A stretch of 61,548 bases of DNA from assembly GCA_019694905.1 (NCBI GenBank), contig JAIBBB010000001.1:1-61548 (forward strand), in the 5' to 3' direction. Below are positions 49,222 to 58,348 of this stretch, one piece after another. Each line of letters begins with the position of its first letter. Position 1 is the first letter of the stretch. The notes beneath the pieces are model-generated. The model was given only the letters and a program-made list of their open reading frames with translations. It made no database searches and was not told the origin of the DNA. This DNA comes from Cyclobacteriaceae bacterium (lineage in GTDB: Bacteria; Bacteroidota; Bacteroidia; Cytophagales; Cyclobacteriaceae). Position numbers and translations under genes: made by a program.

Positions 49222-50262
49222 ATGAAATCTTGCACAGGGGTTTGGGTAGTAGTGTGTTTGGCAATGGGCCTTCTTTCGGGCTGCGGCTCCAAGGATCAAC
49301 CCGGGCCGGTGGATACAGGTTTTTTTGCCAAGGGCGCTGATGTTGGTTGGCTTACGGAGATGGAAGCCTCCGGAATCAAGTTTCGCAACAGTGCAGGGGT
49401 TGAGCAGGACTGCATGCAGATACTCAAGGACAAGGGAATCAATTCCATTCGGGTAAGGGCCTGGGTAAATCCGGCCGACGGTTGGAATAATACAGCGGAT
49501 GTGGTTGCCAAGGCGAAACGCGCCCAGGCCTTAGGACTCAAGTTGATGGTTGATTTTCACTATGCCGATAGTTGGGCGGATCCGGGTAAGCAGCCCAAGC
49601 CGGCGGCGTGGGCTTCCATGAACTTCAATGACATGAAGACGGCCCTGTATAACTATACGAAGGGGGTGATGGACACGTTGAAGTTGAACAAAATCACACC
49701 TGATTGGGTGCAGATCGGCAATGAAACCAACGATGGCATGTTGTGGGAAGATGGCCGTGCGTCGAAGTCCATGGCCAATTTTGCTCTGCTGGTTCGCGCT
49801 GGTTATGATGCAGTCAAGGCAGTGAGCCCTGCTTCAAAAGTGATTGTGCATTTGTCCAACGGGTACGACAATCAGATGTTCCGGTGGATGTTTGATGGCC
49901 TGCGTGAGCAGGGTGTTATCTGGGATATTATAGGGATGTCACTGTACCCCTCATATGCACCTGCCGGTGTCAGTGGCTGGAAGACTGTCAATGACCAGTG
50001 CCTTGCAAATATGAATGACATGTTGACCCGCTATGGTACGCCCGTCATGGTGGTAGAAGTAGGGTTTCCGGTCAATGATCCTGTTACGGCAAAGGCATTT
50101 CTGGCTGATATCATCGCCAAGACGCGGTCAGTGAGCGGCGGCAACGGGCAGGGAGTGTTTTATTGGGAGCCGGAATGTCATAACCACTGGAAGGGTTATG
50201 AACTTGGTGCCTTTGACGACACGGGCAAGCCCACAGCGGCGATGGATGCGTTTCTCGAGTAG
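49222..50262 (+). CDS. GH53 endo-beta-1,4-galactanase lipoprotein
   Basis: KGADVGWL, DFHYADSWADPGKQ.KP.AW, VQIGNE and FYWEP motifs. Confidence 0.93.
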   Translation: MKSCTGVWVVVCLAMGLLSGCGSKDQPGPVDTGFFAKGADVGWLTEMEASGIKFRNSAGVEQDCMQILKDKGINSIRVRAWVNPADGWNNTADVVAKAKRAQALGLKLMVDFHYADSWADPGKQPKPAAWASMNFNDMKTALYNYTKGVMDTLKLNKITPDWVQIGNETNDGMLWEDGRASKSMANFALLVRAGYDAVKAVSPASKVIVHLSNGYDNQMFRWMFDGLREQGVIWDIIGMSLYPSYAPAGVSGWKTVNDQCLANMNDMLTRYGTPVMVVEVGFPVNDPVTAKAFLADIIAKTRSVSGGNGQGVFYWEPECHNHWKGYELGAFDDTGKPTAAMDAFLE

Positions 50263-50389
50263 CCTTTCCGGCGGACTTCATGCTGTAGGAGCAGATTGGC
50301 ATTGAGGAAACGGGGTTTTTCCCGCTTTCCTGCCATTTGGAAATTGGTAAATTGGGTTGTTTGCTTACCTAAACCCGATTCCTGACTGT

Positions 50390-51229
50390 ATGCACGTCAG
50401 TCACTGTTTTGCGTTTTTGCAGGAGCCAGTTGCCGGAATGTCAGTATCGACGCAAAGCAATAATCAACTTTTGTATATACTCTCATTGGGCATCCTGCCT
50501 GTACTGGTTGCGTTTTCATTCTTCTTCTTTGTGTACTATCGTTCAAGACGGGAAGCGGCTGTTCGTCAACAGGAAACCGCTTTGCGGTTGAGTGTGGCGG
50601 AGGGCGAACTCACGGCGCTACGCGCCCAGATCAATCCCCATTTTATCTTCAACTGCATGAATTCAATTCATGATTTCATTCAGTCGAGCAACGCACAGGC
50701 CAGTGGAGAATACCTGATCAGATTTTCACAAGTAATACGGCATGTGCTGGAGAGCTCCGCCAAACGGATGGTTCCTCTTGAAGATGAGATTCTGGCAAAT
50801 CGCAACTATCTGGAACTGGAGTTGCTGCGCATGGACTATACATTTGCTTACGAGTTTGTTGTGGCTGACAACATTCACCCGAGCCATGTCCAGATAGCAC
50901 CCATGATCCTTCAGCCTTTTATTGAAAATGCGATTTGGCACGGGTTGAGTCATCGTAAGGAGGGTGGAAGGCTGGAAGTGCGTTTTGAAAGAAAGGATGG
51001 CAACCACCTTGCCTGTACAGTGTGGGACAATGGTCCTGACGCTGCGGTGGAACGATCGGCTCATGATCTAGTTCATCATGTCAAGAAGACGAGCATGGGA
51101 TTGCCCTTGATACAGGAGCGCCTGAAGAACATGAATACGCTATACGGCACCAAGGCCGATTTTCGGATGGAGACGGATCCCTCCAGGGCCGGAAAGAGTG
51201 TTGTCATCACCATCCCTTTTGAGGAATAG
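50390..51229 (+). CDS. LytS-type histidine kinase with a single TM segment and no sensor domain
   Basis: ALRAQINPHFIFNCMNSI H-box, QPFIENAIWHG N-box, DNG and SMGL. Confidence 0.9.
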   Translation: MHVSHCFAFLQEPVAGMSVSTQSNNQLLYILSLGILPVLVAFSFFFFVYYRSRREAAVRQQETALRLSVAEGELTALRAQINPHFIFNCMNSIHDFIQSSNAQASGEYLIRFSQVIRHVLESSAKRMVPLEDEILANRNYLELELLRMDYTFAYEFVVADNIHPSHVQIAPMILQPFIENAIWHGLSHRKEGGRLEVRFERKDGNHLACTVWDNGPDAAVERSAHDLVHHVKKTSMGLPLIQERLKNMNTLYGTKADFRMETDPSRAGKSVVITIPFEE

Positions 51230-51230
51230 T

Positions 51231-51983
51231 ATGCCCTATTCAGTGATCGTGGTGGAGGATGAATTGCCCCAGCAAAGAGCTCTTGGACGTTTGCTGAATC
51301 ATGAATCTGACCTTGCTATCATTGCCACTGCCCGCTGTTGCGCTGAAGCCGTCACATTGCTGGAAGCTCACCGCCCTGACCTGGTATTTATGGACATTAT
51401 GCTGGGCGGGGAGAATACTTTCGATATGCTCTCCAACCTGAATACAATCCCATTTCGGATCATTTTCACAACAGCACATAACGAATTCGCGGTTCGGGCA
51501 TTCCGTTTTTCAGCAATCGATTTTTTGTTAAAGCCAATTTCCACTGAGGATTTCCGTGCCGCTGTCATGAAATTCAGGCATCAGGTGGATGCCCACAATT
51601 TTGGCTCCAGGCTCCACAATCTGCTGACAAATCTCAGGAAGCCTGCGGGAAGCCACCGGATCGCATTGCCCACCCTGAAGGGCTTTCTATTTCTGGAGGT
51701 CAGTGAGTTGATCCGATGTGAAGCAGACAACACCTATACCACGTTCTTCACGACAGGAGGGCAGCGAATCATTGTTTCCAGAACCATCAAGGAGGTGGAA
51801 CAATGTCTGAATGAAACTGACTATCGCTTTTGCAGAGTCCATCATTCTGCTCTCATCAATCTGGACTACGTGGTTGAATACACGAAGGGTGATGGCGGCT
51901 GGGTAAAGATGATGGATGGCGCGGAGGTGGAGGTGTCGCGCAGACGCAAAAACTATTTCCTCAGTATGGTCATGAGTCTTTGA
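51231..51983 (+). CDS. LytTR-family response regulator
   Basis: VEDE, DLVFMDI, IFTTAH and DFLLKP receiver motifs; FCRVHHSALINL and VSRRRK LytTR motifs. Confidence 0.93.
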   Translation: MPYSVIVVEDELPQQRALGRLLNHESDLAIIATARCCAEAVTLLEAHRPDLVFMDIMLGGENTFDMLSNLNTIPFRIIFTTAHNEFAVRAFRFSAIDFLLKPISTEDFRAAVMKFRHQVDAHNFGSRLHNLLTNLRKPAGSHRIALPTLKGFLFLEVSELIRCEADNTYTTFFTTGGQRIIVSRTIKEVEQCLNETDYRFCRVHHSALINLDYVVEYTKGDGGWVKMMDGAEVEVSRRRKNYFLSMVMSL

Positions 51984-52023
51984 CCAGTTACTGTTGCCAA
52001 CTGCCACTTACTAGCTCATTCAT
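51983..52023 (+). promoter_or_regulatory. Candidate LytTR direct-repeat binding site
   Basis: ACCAGTTACT at 51983 and GCCACTTACT at 52003, plus a weaker GCTCATTCAT at 52014, upstream of 52207. Confidence 0.4.
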
Positions 52024-52206
52024 GCAAGATACTGGTTTGGGTAATAATACGAGGCTGAGTCACTTAGTTTCGTAAGCAGTTCGCCGGTCTGCAGCAAGGT
52101 GAACAGGTAACTTCACTACATACACTGTTCAATACAATCCATATTGTTCAGTGCTGTAAGGTTAAGTTACCTCTTAATGATTATCCATTTAACCAACGAT
52201 CAGATT

Positions 52207-52980
52207 ATGAAAATTGCATTCAGATCAGGCTTTGCGCTGCTGCTGCTTGCCATGGCTGCCTGGACATCGCCAGAGGCTGACGGTGCCGGCGCTGCATCCG
52301 TTAAGGCTTTTATGAAAAACAAGACCTTGTTTAACCTTGCGCGAAATGGACAGGGTGGACTTTTTCCGGCGTCATCCTTTCAGTTGAGGCCCGGCAACGA
52401 AGGTGTGCTGCTGTGGTTCTGCTATGATTCGCTCTATCAACGTCTCTTTGTTGCGCTTGAGCAAATCAGAAAGTACAACCCCCAGTCACCCCCTGCATAC
52501 CCGGTAAGTGATTCGCTGCTTTTGCCAGATATGTTTACTTATGTCCAGGAAGATGACCCGATGGCCGACTCGACTGCGCTGCGGCATTTCCGGGCAGCAG
52601 TTGTGCCTGCTCAAGGCGCACAACCATTTGTCAGAATAAGTCGGGAAACCGCCGAGGGATTTATCAGGCAATTTGAGCGTCAGCCGGGGATCAGGACTTA
52701 CTGCGAATTGCCCTTTTCCTGTTTTGGGGAGGGTACCTGGCCCAATTCTTCGGGAGTGTCCCAGCAGTACCTTACACGCTTTCTCTCAACACTCTCCGTG
52801 AGGAATGGCGTTCCGCATGGATACGTCAGATTCTATTTCACATTCAAGGATATGAAAACAAATAGAATACGCCTGACACTTTTGGCGACAAATCACGACG
52901 GGTACCGCCAAAATGTGGTGAAGGGTGTCAACAATCTGGAGCAAAGTTGGCCTCCACCGCCCCCCTTGGGCGGCAATTGA
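52207..52980 (+). CDS. Exported hypothetical protein with a C-terminal EQSWPPPPP tail
   Basis: Signal peptide MKIAFRSGFALLLLAMAAW; YVRFYF...RIRLTLLA..DG; Pro-rich C-terminus. Confidence 0.75.
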   Translation: MKIAFRSGFALLLLAMAAWTSPEADGAGAASVKAFMKNKTLFNLARNGQGGLFPASSFQLRPGNEGVLLWFCYDSLYQRLFVALEQIRKYNPQSPPAYPVSDSLLLPDMFTYVQEDDPMADSTALRHFRAAVVPAQGAQPFVRISRETAEGFIRQFERQPGIRTYCELPFSCFGEGTWPNSSGVSQQYLTRFLSTLSVRNGVPHGYVRFYFTFKDMKTNRIRLTLLATNHDGYRQNVVKGVNNLEQSWPPPPPLGGN

Positions 52981-52992
52981 GTTCGGCAAGGG

Positions 52993-53019
52993 AGGGCCGG
53001 TGAATCCGGCCCTTATTTT
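52993..53019 (+). terminator. Hairpin/terminator between the secreted protein and the 7TM gene
   Basis: AGGGCCGG-TGAAT-CCGGCCCT followed by TATTTT. Confidence 0.55.
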
Positions 53020-53043
53020 ATATTTTAGAATAACCAGACGATT

Positions 53044-53667
53044 GTGTCAGCCACCCTATTCTATTACTTCCAGATTACTTCAACCCTTTCGGCTGTATTG
53101 CCGCTGGCTTTAGGAATGTGGGTTCAGCGGCGTGAAGTGAGATTTCGGTGGATGCTTTCATTTCTTGCCCTGGGCCTTTTCACTGATCTGTTGGGCTGGG
53201 CTTTCTATCTTTCAAATTTCTCCAGGGGCAACCTTGTCATCAGAGACATTTATAGTTTACTTGAGTTCTTCTTTGTCTGCGGGATGCTGCACGCTGTTGT
53301 GCAAAGCAAAGTCGTCCGAAGGATTTTGAAATACTGGATCGTGGTGCTGATTCCCTTGTGGGTGGTTGGCGTATGGTGGATCGAGTGGAATGTAGTTGCA
53401 CGCACTACTTCACAGGTTGTGATTGCCTTTGCTTCCGGTTTCGCTATTCTTGAAATGGTTGAAAAGTCCGACAATCCATATGGCAACTGGCTCTTCTGGG
53501 TTCTTCTGGGATTCTTCTTTTACTTTTTCTGCACATTCTTTTTTATGAGCCTCATCGCCACGCAAATGGGTATTCAGATCTGGTATCTGCATAACTTTGT
53601 CAACATCACAACCAATCTGTTCTACTTCTACGGATTCTGGCGCACCAGAAACAACCAAAGCCTTTGA
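53044..53667 (+). CDS. Hypothetical 7TM membrane protein
   Basis: Seven hydrophobic segments by eye; YSLLEF and NPY..WLFW..GFFFYF motifs. Confidence 0.8.
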   Translation: MSATLFYYFQITSTLSAVLPLALGMWVQRREVRFRWMLSFLALGLFTDLLGWAFYLSNFSRGNLVIRDIYSLLEFFFVCGMLHAVVQSKVVRRILKYWIVVLIPLWVVGVWWIEWNVVARTTSQVVIAFASGFAILEMVEKSDNPYGNWLFWVLLGFFFYFFCTFFFMSLIATQMGIQIWYLHNFVNITTNLFYFYGFWRTRNNQSL

Positions 53668-53697
53668 TTAAAAGGGGCCCCTCCGGATTACATGGAA

Positions 53698-54186
53698 TTA
53701 GTCCAATAAGGATTCAGGGCTTCGCAGGAGTGAAGCATCTTTTTCTCCCAGCTTCAGATCTTCGGCAATGGATGCGTTCGTGGGACGCAAGAACAGCATC
53801 ACGAGAACAACCATGGCAGTGAAGGCAAGAAACAGCAGGTCAAAAGTGAGGAACGCGCAAACTGCGGCAAGCAGGGCAGGGACTTCCATGATGCTGCTTC
53901 TGACGAGCAAGGCAAACTGAAGCCGGATGAGTTTGCCTCGCAGGCTGAGCCCTTTGTCCAGATTGGCCAGCAATTGCCGGTAGACGAGCCAACCACCCGC
54001 TACTCCAACGGGAGTGAGTACATAGAGAACATACCTGAATACCTCCGCGTCCAGATCCTCGTTGGGGACATTGGCGCCTGAGATTTTGAGAAAAATGACT
54101 ACGCCGCTGAATGTGACAAGCACCATTACAATGGCGAAGTAGATCATGTTGAGTGCTGTGAGGGTCGCTTTTACGGTGGTTGCCAT
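53698..54186 (-). CDS. Hypothetical membrane protein (about 4 TM)
   Basis: Hydrophobic segments; EVPALL and RPT..IAEDL. Confidence 0.7.
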   Translation of the reverse strand: MATTVKATLTALNMIYFAIVMVLVTFSGVVIFLKISGANVPNEDLDAEVFRYVLYVLTPVGVAGGWLVYRQLLANLDKGLSLRGKLIRLQFALLVRSSIMEVPALLAAVCAFLTFDLLFLAFTAMVVLVMLFLRPTNASIAEDLKLGEKDASLLRSPESLLD

Positions 54187-54209
54187 AGCGGTAGAGTATG
54201 ATTGACTGA

Positions 54210-54692
54210 TCAGTGATTCTTTAGTAAAAGGGGAAGACCAGCATGACGGGCCACGGCTTCGGCCGCAAACCTTCCTTCCTCGCTGAAGGTCCAGACAAAG
54301 AGATGTTGTATAGGGTGTTCAGTGCGCATGGAATCAATAGCATCAAGGCATAGCCGCAATGCGATCCCCTGGCGTCGGTGCTCAGCAAGCACCATTGCAG
54401 AGCAGAGGTAGAGTGCTGAATAACTTGTTTGAAGGGGTGTAAGTTCCATTAGTGCGCGCTCTGAAATCTTTCCGTTCAGGAAGTCATTCATCAGTGCCTC
54501 AGTCGTTGGGAATAGGAGGACCCAGGCAACCGGCCCTTCTTCTGTTGCGTGTTCACACACTGCGGCAGGGTGAATGGCGCGCAGATGATCGAGTACGTCC
54601 TCATTTACATCAATCTGGTCCGGATCTGTTCGTGAGGCAAACACCTCATCAGCCAGCTGTATCATCCGTTCAAAGTTGGGACCGTATTCCAT
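54210..54692 (-). CDS. GNAT-family acetyltransferase-like protein
   Basis: AMVLAEHRRQGIA acetyl-CoA binding motif A. The start was chosen to avoid overlap with the upstream gene. Confidence 0.75.
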   Translation of the reverse strand: MEYGPNFERMIQLADEVFASRTDPDQIDVNEDVLDHLRAIHPAAVCEHATEEGPVAWVLLFPTTEALMNDFLNGKISERALMELTPLQTSYSALYLCSAMVLAEHRRQGIALRLCLDAIDSMRTEHPIQHLFVWTFSEEGRFAAEAVARHAGLPLLLKNH

Positions 54693-54708
54693 GACAAAGG
54701 CAGAGTTG

Positions 54709-56115
54709 CTACGGATCTGTTCGATCAAATTCTTCCCGAACTCCATAGAAGACTCTATAGTAGCGATCTTTCTCACCGACTTTTACGCGTTCGATTTGAA
54801 AGTCGATCCGGTCGATGGCAAAGAGCTTGTCTGCTGATGCAGGATAGAGTTTCCTGCTTACCCAGGGATTGATTACCTGTTGGATATGGTCCGGGCCCGT
54901 TTTCAGCTTAAATTTCGTGCTGCGTAGTTTGTAGGAACCGCTGAAGTGCTTCAATGAAGTGGAGTCATAGGGAATTACCTTCAGTTGCGCCGGCATCTGA
55001 ACCTGACGGCCGTGGAGAATGTGTGACAGGCCCAGCAGAATGCCGCTTGAAACAGATTGATTATTGGACAAAATGATGATGGTCAGATCATCGTCGGTAT
55101 AGCGAGCGAGCTGTGTCGAATAACCTGGCCAGCCGCCTGAATGCTGAATGAGTGAGCCAAAGGTATCCTTGCTTACCATGACGCCGTATCCGTAGTACAT
55201 GTTGCTTGCAGTGTCGGCCAGTGCATGTGGATATTGGAGTTGACTGTTGATCGTGCCGGTATCGAGCAGGGTGGCATTTCTCCAGGCGCGGTCCCATTTG
55301 AGAAGGTCACCCGCGGTGGAGTTCACTGTACCGTCGCCAACGATGCCGTCCATATAGTACACATAGCTGAAACTCTTAAGCGAATCAGGAAGCATGAAGC
55401 GGGAGAGACTGTCGGACCAGACAAAGCCGTAGGCGTAGTTGGGAATGACTTCACCTCTTCGACGTGAGTTGTAAACCCGTGTATGTGTCATGCGCAACGG
55501 CTGAAAGATGCGCTCAAGCAAGAAGTCGTTGTAAGACTTGCCAGACACCTTTTCGACTATGCTCGCGAGGAGTGCGAACCCTGTGTTGCTGTATTGCCAC
55601 CGGGTCCCGGGTTTGAAGTAGATGGCCGGTTTCTGACTGGCAAGCAGCGCGACCATGTCTTTGTTGAATGCAATTTTCTTGTGATCCCAATGATAGGGGA
55701 TCAGTTCTTCGTAATCGGGCAATCCGGAAGTGTGGGTGAGCAGGTGATGAATAGTAATGCCATGGTAAGGAAGTTCAGGGAAGAAATACCGCAGCGAGTC
55801 ACCAACGCTCAGCTTTCCATCTTTCTGCAGCAGCAGAATGGCTGTGGCAGTAAACTGCTTGCTGACAGAGGCAAGTTCGAATACACTGCTGTCGTTGAGA
55901 GGCGCCCGGGTATCAAAATTGGCGTAGCCAAATGAATGTTGGTAGATTATTTTCCCTTTCTCTGCTACGAGAACGTTGCCATTGAACTGGTAGAATTCTT
56001 CTTCGGCGTGCAAAAACTGATCAACGAGTTGGATGCGCGGGTCGGAATTGCTGCAAGACAGCAGAACGATGGCAAACAGTGAAAGGACGATGGGTTTCAG
56101 GATGGAGTAATTCAT
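54709..56115 (-). CDS. Serine hydrolase (AmpC/beta-lactamase-related) lipoprotein
   Basis: Lipobox LLSC; SVSK (SxxK), LLTHTSG, YSN and HSGG motifs. Confidence 0.9.
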   Translation of the reverse strand: MNYSILKPIVLSLFAIVLLSCSNSDPRIQLVDQFLHAEEEFYQFNGNVLVAEKGKIIYQHSFGYANFDTRAPLNDSSVFELASVSKQFTATAILLLQKDGKLSVGDSLRYFFPELPYHGITIHHLLTHTSGLPDYEELIPYHWDHKKIAFNKDMVALLASQKPAIYFKPGTRWQYSNTGFALLASIVEKVSGKSYNDFLLERIFQPLRMTHTRVYNSRRRGEVIPNYAYGFVWSDSLSRFMLPDSLKSFSYVYYMDGIVGDGTVNSTAGDLLKWDRAWRNATLLDTGTINSQLQYPHALADTASNMYYGYGVMVSKDTFGSLIQHSGGWPGYSTQLARYTDDDLTIIILSNNQSVSSGILLGLSHILHGRQVQMPAQLKVIPYDSTSLKHFSGSYKLRSTKFKLKTGPDHIQQVINPWVSRKLYPASADKLFAIDRIDFQIERVKVGEKDRYYRVFYGVREEFDRTDP

Positions 56116-56174
56116 ACAACAAGTTACTCCAAATCAGGACCGAAAAAAATGGGGAATGGTAATCTGCCTGTTGA

Positions 56175-57059
56175 CTACTCGTCGCCTATCCGCACGGAGG
56201 TCATTGTCAGAGCGCCACCAACGGCCTTGTCATTGAAAATGCGTGCGGATTCAGATTTGTGCTGAAGTGCAAGTATGTACAGCAAGGGAAGATAGTGTTC
56301 GGGCGTGGGGATGGACAAGTCAAATTCCCGGCCCTGGCCGCGGAAGTTTACCAGGGCCTTGTGGTCACCATCCAGGATGAACTTCTTCATTTTTTCATTC
56401 GCCGTAAGGGCCCAGTCGTAACCATAGTTATCGGCGTTGAGTTTGTCCCATGCGACCATGCGAAGGTTGTGTACGAGGTTGCCGCTTCCCACAATCAATA
56501 TGCCTTTGTTGCGCAGTGCGGAGAGTTCTTGTGCAAGCTCATAATGGTATTGTGGGGTTTGGCGGTAGTCCAGACTCAGTTGCACCACGGGGACGTTTGC
56601 GTTGGGATAGAGGTGTTTGATGACACTCCACGCGCCGTGATCAAGCCCCCACTGCTGATCCATTCCGACCTGCGTTTTATGAATCGTTTGTTTGGTTTCT
56701 TGAGCCAGGGCCGGACTTCCCGGGGCGGGGTACTGCACGTCATAGAGCGCACGGGGGAAACCGCCGAAATCATGGATGGTTTTCGGGTGGTCCATGGCCG
56801 TGACAAATGTGCCAGGAGTTTCCCAGTGTGCGGACACACACAGGATGGCTTTGGGAGTTGGAAGCGTTTTTGATATGGTGCGAAATCCCTGAACAAATGA
56901 GTTTTCCTCAATGGCGTTCATCGGACTTCCATGTCCGAGAAAAAGCGCTGGCATGGTTTCGGTGGGGCCGAAGCCATCAGTGAGTGTTGTCAGTGAAGAT
57001 ATTTCCATGGTGGTGAAGGGTAAGACTGCGAGTGATTGTAGAAAGTGACTTCGGTTCAT
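56175..57059 (-). CDS. ygiD: 4,5-DOPA extradiol dioxygenase
   Basis: FLGHGSPMN, SAHW, TIHDFGGFP, GLDHGAW, GSGNLVHNL and PTPEHYLPL motifs. Confidence 0.9.
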   Translation of the reverse strand: MNRSHFLQSLAVLPFTTMEISSLTTLTDGFGPTETMPALFLGHGSPMNAIEENSFVQGFRTISKTLPTPKAILCVSAHWETPGTFVTAMDHPKTIHDFGGFPRALYDVQYPAPGSPALAQETKQTIHKTQVGMDQQWGLDHGAWSVIKHLYPNANVPVVQLSLDYRQTPQYHYELAQELSALRNKGILIVGSGNLVHNLRMVAWDKLNADNYGYDWALTANEKMKKFILDGDHKALVNFRGQGREFDLSIPTPEHYLPLLYILALQHKSESARIFNDKAVGGALTMTSVRIGDE

Positions 57060-57075
57060 GTAAGCGTCTGAGGAA

Positions 57076-58125
57076 TCAAAGGACAGGGGTGGTTTTCTTA
57101 ATTGCCTTTCGCACAGCGAGAGCTACCTGTGTGACAAACAGCTCCATCGACTTAATGGTACGGGCGCGGGGCAAATAGCCTACACTCATTTGTGCGAGGA
57201 AGCGGGTATGGCCAAACAGTTCATGTTCAAATAGAATCTTGTCTATGACTTGTTGTACGCTGCCTACGACCAATGCTCCTTTCGGTGACCGGCCGGCCTC
57301 GAATTGTTCCCTCGACATGGGAGGCCATCCTCGCTCCCGGCCTATGCGGGTCATGGTGGCTGCGTAGGTTGGGAAGTACTCATCGCTCGCCTGTTGGGAG
57401 GTGTCGGCAACATAAACATGTGAATTGATCCCCAGCCTGATGGACTCATCCTGCAGCCCCATTTGACGACAGGATTGCTTGTACAGGTTGATGAAGGGAA
57501 CGAATTTTTCGGGCATCCCACCGATGATTGCCAGCGCCATCGGCAGGTTGAGTTGTGCGGCGCGCACCGCGGACTCCGGTGTGCCTCCTACTGCGAGCCA
57601 CACAGGCAACTGTTCCTGCAGTGGACGTGGATAGACACCTGCGTTATTCAGTGCAGGGCGAAGCTGGCCACGCCACGAGATGGTTTCGCCCTGATTGATT
57701 TTAAGCAGGAGATCCAGCTTTTCGGCAAACAGTTCGTCATAGTCTTTGAGATCATATCCAAAGAGTGGAAAGGACTCGATGAATGAACCTCTGCCGGCCA
57801 TGATTTCAGCACGGCCACCCGAAAGGTGATCGACGGTGGCAAACTGCTGAAAGACGCGAACGGGATCATCAGAACTGAGAACGGATACCGCACTTGAAAG
57901 GCGAATCTTCCGGGTGACCATTGCAGCGGCGCCAAGAACTACGGCAGGTGCTGAAACGGAGTAGTCAGGCCGGTGGTGTTCGCCAAGGCCAAAGACGTCC
58001 AGGCCGAGTTCATCGGCAAGCCGGATTTCTTCTATTAGGTCCCGGAATCGCTGTTGAGTATGTATCGCGCCGCCAGCCTTGTGGTCGGGCTGTACGTCTG
58101 CAAAGGTGTATATACCAAGTTCCAT
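57076..58125 (-). CDS. LLM-class flavin-dependent oxidoreductase
   Basis: [26 protein letters not shown] and [13 protein letters not shown] motifs. Confidence 0.92.
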   Translation of the reverse strand: MELGIYTFADVQPDHKAGGAIHTQQRFRDLIEEIRLADELGLDVFGLGEHHRPDYSVSAPAVVLGAAAMVTRKIRLSSAVSVLSSDDPVRVFQQFATVDHLSGGRAEIMAGRGSFIESFPLFGYDLKDYDELFAEKLDLLLKINQGETISWRGQLRPALNNAGVYPRPLQEQLPVWLAVGGTPESAVRAAQLNLPMALAIIGGMPEKFVPFINLYKQSCRQMGLQDESIRLGINSHVYVADTSQQASDEYFPTYAATMTRIGRERGWPPMSREQFEAGRSPKGALVVGSVQQVIDKILFEHELFGHTRFLAQMSVGYLPRARTIKSMELFVTQVALAVRKAIKKTTPVL

Positions 58126-58348
58126 ATTTGTTGAATGCCTGGCATTGAATTCAGGCGCAATTATGAACAATAATATTACGGCCATCGTGCCATTATTCCT
58201 TAAACAAAGTGATTGATGGCTGATTTCTTAACCCAGATTAAGACAGTTCGGACTGATTCTCTATAGTTGTATATTAACTCTGGGTAAAATTCCTGTTGTA
58301 CCTGAACCATCGCCTCAGACCGTCGTTTAGAGTCTGTAGCAAATTTCT

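Noticed and set aside
54709-56115. Antibiotic-resistance beta-lactamase
   Set aside because: It has only generic serine-hydrolase motifs, which are common in Bacteroidota peptidases and esterases; resistance cannot be inferred.
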